64,000 nt of DNA from assembly GCA_003220795.1 (NCBI GenBank), contig QHTK01000046.1:6156-70155 (forward strand), in the 5' to 3' direction. The notes beneath the pieces were generated by a model. The model made no database searches. It worked only from the letters and a program-made list of their open reading frames with translations, and was not told the DNA's origin. Shown here piece after piece: positions 9,310 to 18,491 of this stretch (position 1 is the stretch's first letter; the number at the start of each line of letters is the position of its first letter). The DNA comes from Gemmatimonadota bacterium. GTDB taxonomy: Bacteria; Gemmatimonadota; Gemmatimonadetes; Gemmatimonadales; GWC2-71-9. The position numbers and the translations under genes were made by a program.

Positions 9310-9648
9310 ATGAGAAAGGGAAAGAAGCCTCAGAAGAACACGCAGCCGGGTAAGCGCAAGGGCCCGGTTGAGAACAAGGATTCGGGTAGCGAAGAGGAGT
9401 TCGAGCGGCAGACGCAGGAAGACGCTGAGCTCGTCCCTCCCGCGCGTCGGCCACCGACGGCTGTCGGGGCAGGGACTCCACCATTGCCGCCTCGCCCCTC
9501 GGGCCCGTCACGCTCCACGCCGGAGCCGTACCGTCGGCCGGCCCTGTTCCGTTTGCTGCAGAGTGTTCGGGCTGCCGTGGGAGCGGTGCTTGACTTGGCG
9601 GATGCTGCTGTCGACGCCGTCACGAAGGGCCTGCAGGGTCGGGCCTGA
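9310..9648 (+). CDS. Hypothetical low-complexity protein
   Basis: Only cassette ORF; K/P/E-rich, probably disordered. Confidence 0.3.
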   Translation: MRKGKKPQKNTQPGKRKGPVENKDSGSEEEFERQTQEDAELVPPARRPPTAVGAGTPPLPPRPSGPSRSTPEPYRRPALFRLLQSVRAAVGAVLDLADAAVDAVTKGLQGRA

Positions 9649-9659
9649 GTGCGCCGCCG

Positions 9660-9672
9660 GCCTAACAAGCGG
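9660..9672 (+). repeat. attC relic (R'' box only)
   Basis: GCCTAACAAGCGG right after the stop of ORF 9310-9648; the rest of the site is absent. Confidence 0.45.
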
Positions 9673-9693
9673 GCGTCACCACGTGAAGGGTCG

Positions 9694-10581
9694 ATGACAC
9701 ACTTTGTGCCACCTCCCGTCGTCGGGATCCTCCTACTGGCGTGCTCGTCACCTGCCTGGGCCAGCCAATCTCCCCCTGACACGACTAAGTACCAGGCCGT
9801 CAACGATTCCTTCGCTTTGATCTTGGCCGAGTACCTTGATCCTCGGTTGGCCTCGGCGCGCGACAGCGGACCGTCGCTGTACATGGTTGCCACCACGAGG
9901 CGCACCTTCAGTTGTCTACTACCGCTCGGGATGTCCCTCAATTCTAGGGGGAGCCACATCGACTTGTACTTGGCCGGCGTGCCAAGGGGCCCGCAGCTCT
10001 GTCCAAGTGCAATCGGTCCGGCGCGCGGGACCGTTCGCTTACCTGCTAAGGTGGGGGCGTACGACATCGTCATTCGCCGGCCCGACGGCCTGGAGGACAC
10101 GTACACGCTTCTTGTAACGGACACCCTCACCGAAGTGACCACGCTGGCGAGCAGGTATACAACGCTCACGCCGGTGAGACGCTGGCGAGCGCGCCGCAAC
10201 ACCCTCAGCATGACCTGCACCCTGCCTTGGAAAGGGGCGGCAGTGGACTCGTCTCAATCCTGGGTTTGCACGACCTTTGCTGCATGGCTGCGAGACTCGT
10301 TGGGCATGCGGCTGTTTCGGTTCGGGGAAGGTCCCGCCATACCATTTCCGGACGCGCCCCCTCAACAGTGGGGCGACGTCCTATACTTCGAGTACACTCG
10401 GGCGGGCGCCTTCCCTCACGGCTACGCGCTGCTTCAACGATTCAGTCACCACTACATGGCCAGCAAAGCGCCCAACGCCTCTGTACGATTGATCAACTGG
10501 CGTGGCGCTGAGGTCGATTCATACCGATGTCGGCCAGACCAACAATGGTGCCAGCCGAGCGACCAGTTTCCCCCATGGTGA
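9694..10581 (+). CDS. Hypothetical lipoprotein
   Basis: Signal and lipobox ILLLACSS; ATG after the R'' relic. Confidence 0.45.
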   Translation: MTHFVPPPVVGILLLACSSPAWASQSPPDTTKYQAVNDSFALILAEYLDPRLASARDSGPSLYMVATTRRTFSCLLPLGMSLNSRGSHIDLYLAGVPRGPQLCPSAIGPARGTVRLPAKVGAYDIVIRRPDGLEDTYTLLVTDTLTEVTTLASRYTTLTPVRRWRARRNTLSMTCTLPWKGAAVDSSQSWVCTTFAAWLRDSLGMRLFRFGEGPAIPFPDAPPQQWGDVLYFEYTRAGAFPHGYALLQRFSHHYMASKAPNASVRLINWRGAEVDSYRCRPDQQWCQPSDQFPPW

Positions 10582-10582
10582 C

Positions 10583-10724
10583 GCCTAAACAAGCGCGTGA
10601 AGCTGTGGGGCGCGCTCGTTCTAAAGGAAGCCGTGGGGTCATGCCCTAGCGGGCACGGGGCTGTCGTCCACTATTCTTGCGCCGGCGGGCGGGTCGCCCG
10701 CAGCTTAAGCGCGATCCGTTAGGC
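10583..10724 (+). repeat. attC site, class A1 (diverged left arm), 142 bp
   Basis: GCCTAAAC 10583-10590 (1-nt insertion in R''), GTTAGGC 10718-10724. Confidence 0.75.
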
Positions 10725-10748
10725 AGCGCGGCGCTTGAGGAGGTCCTC

Positions 10749-11354
10749 GTGCGGGCTAATCGAACGCCGATTCTCTCTGTCATAATCGGCCTCCTGGGCC
10801 TTTCACCGTATGCTCAAGCGCAGTCCGGGTTACCCCAACCTGGTGAGCGTCTTCGCTATTGGATGCGACCGTGTCATGGTATGTCGCGGGTTTCACCGTT
10901 CTGCGGGACTCACAGCGAGGGAATCCTCCTCTCACTCGTCCCGGATTCAGTCCACCCAGATTCACTTCGCCTTATGCTTCGGTCGGAGGCCCTTGCACTG
11001 TCGGTTCCCGTGCGCGACATGGTCCGACTAGAGCGGCGCTCTGGACGCAGGTCCGCGTTCTGGACCGGGGCGGGCTGGGGGGCCTCGATCGGGGGAATCA
11101 GCGGCCTCGGCGTGGGGCTGATCCTTATCAAACCAGCGGTGTGCACTGATCCTGTCCGCCATTTGTGCGGCAAGGCGGGTGCAGGCGTTGTCGGAGGGCT
11201 CACGGGGGCATTAGGGGGCGCACTGCTAGGCGGGATCCTGGGCGCGGTCCTCGGGCGGGATCGCTGGCAACCCGTGTGTCTCGAAGCGATGCGGCTCAAT
11301 AGTGCATCTTCGTCACGAGGTCCTGTATTGATCCTTGCGTGCCGCTCGTTCTGA
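10749..11354 (+). CDS. Secreted protein with glycine-zipper C-terminal region
   Basis: GAGGAGG RBS then GTG; signal peptide; GAGWGASIGGISGLGVG ... GGLTGALGGALLGGILGAVLG. Confidence 0.4.
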   Translation: MRANRTPILSVIIGLLGLSPYAQAQSGLPQPGERLRYWMRPCHGMSRVSPFCGTHSEGILLSLVPDSVHPDSLRLMLRSEALALSVPVRDMVRLERRSGRRSAFWTGAGWGASIGGISGLGVGLILIKPAVCTDPVRHLCGKAGAGVVGGLTGALGGALLGGILGAVLGRDRWQPVCLEAMRLNSASSSRGPVLILACRSF

Positions 11355-11363
11355 TGCCGCGCT

Positions 11364-11465
11364 GCCTAACCCGCGCCTGAAGCTGACGGCGCCCGTCATC
11401 TGTGGTAGAATTGCGTTTGTGAACATGACAGCTCGGCGCCGCACCTTAGGCGCACCCCGTTAGAC
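11364..11465 (+). repeat. attC site, class B, 102 bp
   Basis: GCCTAAC 11364-11370 ... GTTAGAC 11459-11465; arms GCCTAACCCGCGCCTGAAGCTGACGGCGCC / GGCGCCGCACCTTAGGCGCACCCCGTTAGAC; centre unrelated to class A. Confidence 0.8.
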
Positions 11466-11493
11466 GGCGCGTTCACTCCACTCAAAGCCATCC

Positions 11494-11823
11494 ATGGCCT
11501 TCGACGAACGGTTAGCGGAACGAATTCGCGGCTCGCTTGGTAAGCGCAAAGGCCTGGTCGAGAAGAAGATGTTTGGCGGCGTCGCGTTTCTTCTGAATGG
11601 CAACATGTGCGTTGGCGTTCACAAGTCCGACCTCCTCGTGCGGCTGGCCCCGGACGAGACGGACGGTGCTCTGTCGCAGCCGCACACGCGGCGCTTCGAT
11701 CTCACCGGGCGTCCAATGCAAGGTTGGATTCTGGTCGAGCCTGCGGGATTGAAGACTGATGCGAAGCTTGGCAAATGGGTACAGGTGGCCACGAAGTACG
11801 CGTCCTCATTGCCAGCAAAGTGA
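11494..11823 (+). CDS. TfoX N-terminal-domain protein
   Basis: KKMFGGVAFLLNGNMCVGV motif. Confidence 0.7.
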   Translation: MAFDERLAERIRGSLGKRKGLVEKKMFGGVAFLLNGNMCVGVHKSDLLVRLAPDETDGALSQPHTRRFDLTGRPMQGWILVEPAGLKTDAKLGKWVQVATKYASSLPAK

Positions 11824-11830
11824 GCGCGCC

Positions 11831-11968
11831 GTCTAACAAGCGCTTGAGGCTGACGGGGCCGGCTCTTAAAGGAATCGTCCGGTTGTGCGCCAGCGACCTG
11901 ATGGTGCAGGGCAGGGCTCCTTGCGCCTCTTGGAAGTCGCCCCGCAGCTTACGCGCAGTCCGTTAGGC
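11831..11968 (+). repeat. attC site, class A (diverged centre), 138 bp
   Basis: GTCTAAC 11831-11837, GTTAGGC 11962-11968. Confidence 0.8.
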
Positions 11969-12065
11969 GGCACGCGCCCCTAGAGGTCCGGTATTCTGTG
12001 AGGATCGACGACTACGTAAGCTCCTTTCACTCGAGATTCCTCTTTCTCGATCCATCGATTCTGCC

Positions 12066-12350
12066 GTGTCGACTCTTGCCCACCTCAACTTCGTGGGTGA
12101 TTCCATCAAAGGTGCCGATGTCAACGTGGAGGCCGGCGCTGTGGTTGCAAACCATTACAACGAGCGCCGAAACAAAGAGATTAGGGTTTACATTCGGGGG
12201 CAAGAGATCCGCTCGGGCGTGGAGAAGTTCGGTGCAGTCATCGGGGATCACTGTCGCCTCGGCGCCAATGCGGTGTTGTCGCCCGGTACGGTTCTTGAAC
12301 CGAACGCGGTTGTTAGCCGTCTTGCTCTCGTGAACCAGGCCCCTGAGTAG
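12066..12350 (+). CDS. Stand-alone left-handed beta-helix (hexapeptide-repeat) fragment
   Basis: 94 aa with GTG start; hexapeptide-like periodicity (IKGADVNVEAGAVVAN ... IGDHCRLGANAVLSPGTVLEPNAVV); no nucleotidyl/acyl-transferase N-domain. Confidence 0.5.
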   Translation: MSTLAHLNFVGDSIKGADVNVEAGAVVANHYNERRNKEIRVYIRGQEIRSGVEKFGAVIGDHCRLGANAVLSPGTVLEPNAVVSRLALVNQAPE

Positions 12351-12356
12351 CGTGCC

Positions 12357-12497
12357 GCCTAACAAGCGCTTGAAGCTGCCGGGCGGTGACCGCCCTAAGG
12401 GAAGCAGAGTGTTGTGCGCCGGCGCGCACGAACTATCGTTCAACTACTCGGCGCCCTGCGGGCAAGTCGCCCGCAGCTTAGGCGCGAGCCGTTAGGC
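12357..12497 (+). repeat. attC site, class A2, 141 bp
   Basis: GCCTAAC 12357-12363, GTTAGGC 12491-12497; centre GTGCGCCGGCGCGCACGAACTATCGTTCAAC. Confidence 0.85.
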
Positions 12498-12537
12498 AGC
12501 AGCAGTATCACGAGTCATTGAGGCCGGAGCCGAACCG

Positions 12538-12816
12538 ATGGAGCCAGCTATCCCTGTCATGGCGGTCATCGGGGCCATCGCGGTTAGCGTGATCGTCGTG
12601 CGATTCGCCACCGCCTTTGCTAAACGACTTGAACGCCGCCCTCCCAGTGTTGCGCCGCCTGATCCGGCAATCGGAGAGCTTCGTGATGCACTCGATGCCA
12701 TGCAAGAACGGCTCGATTTCCTCGAGCGCGCCCTGGTTGCTCAGAGGAACCAGAGTGGCCGCGCCCTGCCAGCGCCGGGTGACCGCGCGGACCCACCCGG
12801 CCAGACGTCTTCATAG
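12538..12816 (+). CDS. Small N-terminal-TM plus coiled-coil protein
   Basis: TM VMAVIGAIAVSVIVV, then ELRDALDAMQERLDFLERAL; paralog of 20845-21093. Confidence 0.45.
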   Translation: MEPAIPVMAVIGAIAVSVIVVRFATAFAKRLERRPPSVAPPDPAIGELRDALDAMQERLDFLERALVAQRNQSGRALPAPGDRADPPGQTSS

Positions 12817-12826
12817 CTATGCTGCT

Positions 12827-12963
12827 GCCTAACAAGCGCTTGAAGCTGGCGGGCGGTGATCGCTCTAAGGGAGCCGGAGTGTTGTGCCCTGGCGGGCACG
12901 GACTGTTCGTCCAACACCCTTGCGCCGCCTGGCGGGTCGCAGCTTAAGCGCGATCCGTTAGGC
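12827..12963 (+). repeat. attC site, class A1, 137 bp
   Basis: GCCTAAC 12827-12833, GTTAGGC 12957-12963. Confidence 0.85.
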
Positions 12964-12993
12964 CGCTGGCCAATACGGTGCTGGCTCAAGCGC

Positions 12994-13404
12994 CTACTCT
13001 TCCTTTAGTCCCTTTCCGATGCGGAACACATGGCCGTCGGGATGTCGCACGTGCATTTCCCGCACGTTCCAAGGCATGTCCGTCGGCGGCCACGTCACCT
13101 CGATGCCCTGCTTAACGCACTGTTCATAGACGGCATCCACGTCCTCGACCCACCAACTCATCCAGCAGCCTTTGTCTTGCGTCTCGTCCTCGAAACTAGC
13201 GAAGGTGCTCGTGTTCTTCCCTTTCCCGCGTCCGCCTTGGCCGCCGCGACACATAAAGATCTCGCACGGACCGGAGCCAACGGCGCCAAATCCCGTCGGG
13301 TCGCCCCAGCGCCACAACTCTTTCCAGCCCAGCTTGGCGAACCACGCAAAACTGGTGTCCATGTTCGACACATTGAGAATCGGGGTCACGCCGTGAACGA
13401 TCAT
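12994..13404 (-). CDS. VOC (glyoxalase) family protein, inverted relative to the array
   Basis: MIVHGVTPILNVSNMDTSFAWFAKLGW ... MHVRHPDGHVFRIG; the track start (13482) lies inside the attC, so trimmed to the ATG at 13404. Confidence 0.7.
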   Translation of the reverse strand: MIVHGVTPILNVSNMDTSFAWFAKLGWKELWRWGDPTGFGAVGSGPCEIFMCRGGQGGRGKGKNTSTFASFEDETQDKGCWMSWWVEDVDAVYEQCVKQGIEVTWPPTDMPWNVREMHVRHPDGHVFRIGKGLKEE

Positions 13405-13473
13405 TGTGCTGCTCCTAACTAATCGAGAAGTGTCACGCCGCGAATCTAGCACGCCGATCAACTTTGGCCAGCG

Positions 13474-13610
13474 GCCTAACAAGCGCTTGAAGGCGGGCGC
13501 TTATCGTTTTGAGGGAAAGGGAGTGTTGTGCCCCTGGCGGGGCACGGACTTCGTCCCACGCCCTTGCGCCGGCGGGCGAGTCGCCCGCACCTTAAGGCGA
13601 TCCGTTAGGC
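13474..13610 (+). repeat. attC site, class A1, 137 bp
   Basis: GCCTAAC 13474-13480, GTTAGGC 13604-13610. Confidence 0.85.
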
Positions 13611-13665
13611 TGCAGCCTCTGTTCCGAACCTGAGCACCCGAGTCGTAGCTCGAGGGGAGGTTCCG

Positions 13666-14043
13666 ATGACACGCGCTGCCTTTATGCTCCTTCATGCGAT
13701 TCTCGCTCTAGCGTTCGGCATTGGCTTCGTGTTGGCACCGGCGTCCGTGTTGGCGCTCTACGGCGTGGCGACCGACCCGGCCGGAACCTTCATGGCTCGC
13801 CTGTGGGGGGCTGCGGCCATCCAGATCGGGCTTGCAGCTTGGTTGGCGAGGAAAGATATGGATACGCCAGCACGTCGTGCCGTCCAGCTCGGGAATGCTG
13901 CCGGACTCGCAGTCGGTTTCGTCATCGCGCTCCTAAGCCAGCTCGCCGGTCTCTTCAACGCGTTCGGTTGGTCGACGGTTATTCTCTTCTTGCTGCTATG
14001 CGTCGGCTACAGCTATTTCCACGCGCGGCCGAGCGACGCTTGA
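13666..14043 (+). CDS. Small membrane protein (about 4 TM)
   Basis: GGGAGG RBS; hydrophobic throughout. Confidence 0.5.
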   Translation: MTRAAFMLLHAILALAFGIGFVLAPASVLALYGVATDPAGTFMARLWGAAAIQIGLAAWLARKDMDTPARRAVQLGNAAGLAVGFVIALLSQLAGLFNAFGWSTVILFLLLCVGYSYFHARPSDA

Positions 14044-14067
14044 CCCAAGCGACGGTGGCTCGCTGCA

Positions 14068-14205
14068 GCCTAACAAGCGCTTGAAGCTGGCGGGCGGTCA
14101 TCGCTTTAAAGGAAGCAGTGTTGTGCCCTTGCGGGCACGGACTGTCGTCCCACACCCTTGCGCCGGCGAGCGAGTCGCCCGCAGCTTAAGCGCGATCCGT
14201 TAGGC
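14068..14205 (+). repeat. attC site, class A1, 138 bp
   Basis: GCCTAAC 14068-14074, GTTAGGC 14199-14205. Confidence 0.85.
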
Positions 14206-14208
14206 AGC

Positions 14209-14646
14209 ATGCAACCAAACACCAGCGCGAGCCAATTCGAAGAGCCGTTGAGGCGCACGTTGGCGAGAAACGTGGCTCTCGCCGCAAGCGTGGGCGTGGT
14301 GCTTGCAGTGCAGAGACATAGCCTCAGGTTGGTACTACCCATTGCGGCCCTTGCTCTGTGGTTCTCGCTTGGCGGGCATTACGTCGAGGTTGCATTCTTG
14401 AACGGTCTTCGGGCGCGCATTTCGAAAGGCCGGCTCACACAAGTAGCACTGCGACTATTGGTGTGGTTTGCTGGCGGCGTAGTGCTCTATGTATTGATGG
14501 GCGCCTCAGCCCACGTCCTCCGGCTCGACGCCCCACCACTGAGGATGTGGTGGTACGGGGGTCTGCTGCTCATCGGAGTCGAGCTCGCGGTTCATGGCCT
14601 CTTAGCAATGCGAGGTAGACCAAACTTCTACAATGGGCGCGGGTAG
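14209..14646 (+). CDS. Membrane protein
   Basis: First ATG after attC 14068-14205; several TM segments. Confidence 0.45.
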   Translation: MQPNTSASQFEEPLRRTLARNVALAASVGVVLAVQRHSLRLVLPIAALALWFSLGGHYVEVAFLNGLRARISKGRLTQVALRLLVWFAGGVVLYVLMGASAHVLRLDAPPLRMWWYGGLLLIGVELAVHGLLAMRGRPNFYNGRG

Positions 14647-14659
14647 GGGATGGCATGCT

Positions 14660-14800
14660 GCCTAACAAGCGCTTGAAGCTGGCGGGCGCTGATTGCTCTA
14701 ATGGAAGCGGAGTGTTGTGCCCCTGGCGGGGCACGGACTTCGTCCCACACCCTTGCGCCGGCGGGCGAGTCGCCCGCAGCTTCAGCGCGATCCGTTAGGC
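14660..14800 (+). repeat. attC site, class A1, 141 bp
   Basis: GCCTAAC 14660-14666, GTTAGGC 14794-14800. Confidence 0.85.
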
Positions 14801-14816
14801 GGCATCACTGGAGACA

Positions 14817-15176
14817 ATGCCAAGGCTCGCTGCTGCCGGCGCACTCGCGCTTCTTCTCGGATGGGCCGCGGCGCATGGCCTCTCCCTTCAATGGTGGACG
14901 CTCGTGCCCTGGGGGCTCGCGGCGGTTGCTCTGGGCTACCGAGCGAACAGAGCGACCGCCGTGGTTGCCGGCGCCCTTTACGGGTTCGTCTTGTGCTTCG
15001 TATTCACGCTCGCGACCTATGGCGGGGCGGCACCGGCGATCACTCGGGTGCCGTTCTTCACGGTTCTGGGTCTCGTCGGTGCCTTGTGCGGTTTGCTGCT
15101 TGCACTACTCGGGGCGTTCCTCATGCCCGGGAAACGCGTGCCAGGGGAATCACCGTCCAGGGATGATGCCGCCTAA
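14817..15176 (+). CDS. Membrane protein
   Basis: 4 predicted TM segments; stop TAA is inside the R'' box. Confidence 0.5.
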   Translation: MPRLAAAGALALLLGWAAAHGLSLQWWTLVPWGLAAVALGYRANRATAVVAGALYGFVLCFVFTLATYGGAAPAITRVPFFTVLGLVGALCGLLLALLGAFLMPGKRVPGESPSRDDAA

Positions 15177-15309
15177 CAAGGCTTGAGGCTGTCGGGCGGT
15201 GAGCGCTGTAAGGGAAACGGAGCGTTGTGCCCTGGCGGGCACGGACTGTCGTCCAACACCCTTGCGCCGGTGAGCGGGTCGCCCGCAGCTTAAGCGCGAT
15301 CCGTTAGGC
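15171..15309 (+). repeat. attC site, class A1, 139 bp
   Basis: GCCTAAC 15171-15177 (its TAA is the stop of ORF 14817-15176), GTTAGGC 15303-15309. Confidence 0.85.
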
Positions 15310-15320
15310 GCCCACGCACT

Positions 15321-15752
15321 ATGCACATCATGTTCCTGCTCCCGCTGCTGGGCCTCGCGGTCCAAGTGTCTCCTCTGGATTCTCTCGCCCAGGTAGTCTT
15401 GCGTTTGGAAGCGCAGCGGCGCGCTTCCCACCTTGGTGGGGACGCCACGCAGCTCGCTGCGATCCTTGCGGATGACTTCATAGACATCGGTGCGAATGGC
15501 GTGCACCGCACCAAGCAGCAAAACGTGGAGGATACACGGGCCCGCGTCATACAGTGGACGACTCTCGTGGTCAGCAACGAGCAGGTCCAGGTGTTCGATT
15601 CGACTGCAGCCGTCGTTACTGGTGAGCAGCAGGGGGCTGGCACCTACGGTGGTCGGCCGTTTGCCCGCAGGACCCGCTACATTCGCGTTTACCTCAAGCG
15701 AAATGGCCGCTGGCAGAATGTTGCGGCACAGAGTGCGCTTATCACGCCATAG
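15321..15752 (+). CDS. NTF2-like (DUF4440/SnoaL-like) protein with signal peptide
   Basis: ...DDFIDIGANGVHRTKQQ ... RYIRVYLKRNGRWQNVAAQ, a typical DUF4440 pattern. Confidence 0.6.
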   Translation: MHIMFLLPLLGLAVQVSPLDSLAQVVLRLEAQRRASHLGGDATQLAAILADDFIDIGANGVHRTKQQNVEDTRARVIQWTTLVVSNEQVQVFDSTAAVVTGEQQGAGTYGGRPFARRTRYIRVYLKRNGRWQNVAAQSALITP

Positions 15753-15763
15753 GCGGGGCGGGC

Positions 15764-15851
15764 GCCTAACAAGCGCTTGAAGCTGGCGGGCGGTGATCGC
15801 TCTTAGGGAAGCGGAGTGTTGTGCGCTGACGCGCACGAACTATCGTTCAAC
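15764..15851 (+). repeat. attC left half only (class A2)
   Basis: GCCTAAC 15764-15770 ... GCGCACGAACTATCGTTCAAC, then unrelated sequence and the RBS of the next ORF; right arm missing. Confidence 0.7.
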
Positions 15852-15874
15852 AGCAAACAACACCGGAGGCCGAA

Positions 15875-16306
15875 ATGAAGCGCACTTGGACGCTGGGTGC
15901 AGTCTCAGTTGCTCTGGCCTTGACGACCGCTGTCGTCTTTGCGCAGAGGGAACAAGGCACAGGTGTGATCTTTGCCCGTTCACGTTCGGCGAAGTTTGCG
16001 CCGCTGGTTCCCGGCGTCTCTAGTTATGTGGCCTGGGGAGATACACTCACAGGGCCGTTTGGCGGCTTTACGAAGTTCCGCCCTGGATTCGACGCAGGCC
16101 TGCACACTCACACGGCTGACGTTTTGCTTGTGGTCTTACGGGGCGCTTACCTCTACAGGGACGATGCTGGCGCCAAGCGTGTTGGTCCGGGCGATTTTCT
16201 CCGGATCCCGGGGGGCCACAAGCACTGGAGCGGTGGAGACCGTAAAGAAGGGGCACTTTTCTATCAGGAGACGTTCGGCAAGTTCGATTTGATACCAGCA
16301 AAGTAG
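15875..16306 (+). CDS. Secreted cupin-domain protein
   Basis: GGAGG RBS; signal peptide; GLHTHTADVLLVVL ... IPGGHKHWSGG. Confidence 0.65.
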   Translation: MKRTWTLGAVSVALALTTAVVFAQREQGTGVIFARSRSAKFAPLVPGVSSYVAWGDTLTGPFGGFTKFRPGFDAGLHTHTADVLLVVLRGAYLYRDDAGAKRVGPGDFLRIPGGHKHWSGGDRKEGALFYQETFGKFDLIPAK

Positions 16307-16351
16307 CGGCGGTCGGTTTGTCGCCCCGGTTGGCGTGGTTTGGTGCGGGCT

Positions 16352-16492
16352 GCCTAACAAGCGCTTGAAGCTGGCGGGCGGTGATCGCTTTAAGGGAAGC
16401 GGAGTGTTGTGCCCCTGACGAGGCGCGGACTGTCGTCCACCAGCCTTGCGCCGGCGGGCGGGTCGCCCGCAGCTTAGCGCGATCCGTTAGGC
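16352..16492 (+). repeat. attC site, class A1, 141 bp
   Basis: GCCTAAC 16352-16358, GTTAGGC 16486-16492. Confidence 0.85.
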
Positions 16493-16608
16493 GGCGCCGC
16501 TCCAGCTCCTCTCTTGACGACTTGAAGCGTCAGTGTTCTGCTTCTTGCGCAGATGCCGACGCAGAAGGCCCTGCGTCAATAGACGCAAGCCACGCGAGGA
16601 GCCGGCCC

Positions 16609-17157
16609 ATGCCTACCCCAGTCGATCGGCGTGCAGTGGACCTAGCCGCTTTCCCAAACCTTGTCGTCATTTATCTAGGCATGCGAGTACGCACCTTCGC
16701 CGGCATCAAGACCTTGCTTGGCCTTGGCCCCCAAATCGACAAGGCCGGTGCTGCCCGGCCTGAAGGCCTGCTCCATTTCGAAAACAACATCATTTTCCGC
16801 CTCTTCCCGTTGCATATCGGCATGCGGTGGTACTGGAAGGACTTCGAGTCCATGGAGCGGTGGACGCGCTCAGAGCCGCACCGCATCTGGTGGCAGAACT
16901 TCATTCGTGACTCCGGTGGCACGGGGTTCTGGCATGAAGCGTATTTCATGCGCGGGGGAATGGAAGGTGTTTACGTCGACGTGAACCGCCCACCCGTGGG
17001 CTTCCAGGCGTTCGCGCGTGATGTGCCTATGCGCGGGCCCATGTTCTCCGCCCGACAGCGCCTCCAAGTCTCGGGAGATACCCCAGCACAACCGCCAGGC
17101 ATGACGGAGTCGGATCTGTACCAATCTGGGCGATCTGGCCGCGAGGGCGCCGCCTAA
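16609..17157 (+). CDS. Hypothetical protein (possibly DUF4188-like; recall-based)
   Basis: First ATG after the attC; WWQNFIRDSGGTGFWHEAYF motif; stop TAA inside R''. Confidence 0.45.
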   Translation: MPTPVDRRAVDLAAFPNLVVIYLGMRVRTFAGIKTLLGLGPQIDKAGAARPEGLLHFENNIIFRLFPLHIGMRWYWKDFESMERWTRSEPHRIWWQNFIRDSGGTGFWHEAYFMRGGMEGVYVDVNRPPVGFQAFARDVPMRGPMFSARQRLQVSGDTPAQPPGMTESDLYQSGRSGREGAA

Positions 17158-17275
17158 CAAGCGCTTGAAGCTGGCGGGCGTGATCGCCTTAAAGGAAGCG
17201 GCGTGTTGTGCCGCTGGCGCAGCACGGCCATCGTCCGGCACCTTAGGCCGGCGACACCCGCAAGCTCGGGGCGCT
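17152..17275 (+). repeat. Degenerate attC (left arm intact, right arm heavily mutated, R' lost)
   Basis: GCCTAAC 17152-17158 (TAA is the stop of ORF 16609-17157); right side CACCTTAGGCCGGCGACACCCGCAAGCTCGGGGCGC only loosely matches the consensus. Confidence 0.6.
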
Positions 17276-17299
17276 CTCTGAACCATAGAGGAGGGATAC

Positions 17300-17800
17300 A
17301 TGCCTTGTCGCCTTCACCTCCCACTGGCGGCCGCTCTGCTGGCGGGCAGCCCTTCGCTGCACGCACAGGAACCTGTTGTCGGCGCGCGCGATCCGGACGC
17401 CCTGTTCCACAGCAGCGACCCGAAGCTCAATACGAACAAGCAGGTTGCCTACCACATTGTAAAAGACCTGCTTGAGGCGGGGCACTGGGAACTGGCAGAC
17501 AAGTACCTAACCGAGCGGTACATCCAGCACAATCCGAACGCGGCGTCGGGACGCAATGGTGTGGTGAAGTTCTTCACCGAGGTCCGGAAGGTGACGCCCG
17601 TGCCAATCCCGCAGAAGATGAACACGAAAGTCGTGTCGGTGGTGGCGGAGGGCGATCTCGTGGTGGTCGCGTACGTCCACGAAGCGAAGGACGCCAAGGA
17701 TTCCTCACAGAGCTACACCACGACTTGGTTCGATATGTGGCGTTTCAAGGATGGCAAAGCGGACGAACACTGGGATCCGGCAACGCGCATAGGTCAATGA
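17300..17800 (+). CDS. Secreted SnoaL-like/NTF2-fold protein
   Basis: GAGGAGGG RBS; signal peptide; YLTERYIQHNPNAASGRNGVVKFF. Confidence 0.65.
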   Translation: MPCRLHLPLAAALLAGSPSLHAQEPVVGARDPDALFHSSDPKLNTNKQVAYHIVKDLLEAGHWELADKYLTERYIQHNPNAASGRNGVVKFFTEVRKVTPVPIPQKMNTKVVSVVAEGDLVVVAYVHEAKDAKDSSQSYTTTWFDMWRFKDGKADEHWDPATRIGQ

Positions 17801-17851
17801 TTGTTGGGGATGAACCCAAGAATCGCCGACCGAATCGATGAGCGGCCCCAA

Positions 17852-17927
17852 GGCGGGGCGCGGACTTCGTCCCACAGCCTTGCGCCGGTGGACGGGTCGC
17901 CCGCAGCTTAAGCGCGATCCGTTAGGC
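17852..17927 (+). repeat. attC right half only
   Basis: GGCGGGGCGCGGACTTCGTCCCACAGCCTTGCGCCGG...CGCAGCTTAAGCGCGATCCGTTAGGC, R' at 17921-17927; no R''/L''. Confidence 0.7.
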
Positions 17928-17974
17928 GGCACCAACGACGCACCTGGCGATTAGCACGCCAAGGAGGGGAGCTC

Positions 17975-18298
17975 ATGGCCGCGGTCAAACTCATAGTGAT
18001 GTACCCAATGCCGAAAGACGTGCAGGCCTTCGAGCGACTCTATCAGGATGAGCACGTACCTATGGCGGTGAAGAAGCTCGGCGGTAAGACAAAGCTCGTT
18101 GCGACCAAGGTCCAGGGTTCGCCTCAGGGCAAGCCCGCGTTTTACCGGATTGCCGAGGTCCATTTTCCATCGCTCGAAGCCCTGCAGGCCTGTGCCGCGT
18201 CGGCAGGTGGGAAGGAGACATTGGCGCACGCGGCGAAGATTTCGTCGGGCGGACCACCGATCATGCTGATTGCGGAGGAGCAGACCTTTGCCTTTTGA
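17975..18298 (+). CDS. EthD-domain protein
   Basis: AAGGAGGGG RBS; KLIVMYPMPKDVQAFERLYQDEHVPM ... 107 aa. Confidence 0.7.
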   Translation: MAAVKLIVMYPMPKDVQAFERLYQDEHVPMAVKKLGGKTKLVATKVQGSPQGKPAFYRIAEVHFPSLEALQACAASAGGKETLAHAAKISSGGPPIMLIAEEQTFAF

Positions 18299-18491
18299 GA
18301 GCGCCGCTGCAGGTGCCCCATCTTACAATAGCGCGGGTCTGCATTCGAACTGCGGCGAGGTTTCCAACCCAAAGTCACTATGAGGAGGTTCTCTGAGCCA
18401 ACCTGCAAAGAAGGGCACGCAGAAGTCCGCCAAGAGCACCACCGCGATCGGCAAGACGTTCAAGGGATTCACGGACGAGGAACGAATCGCG

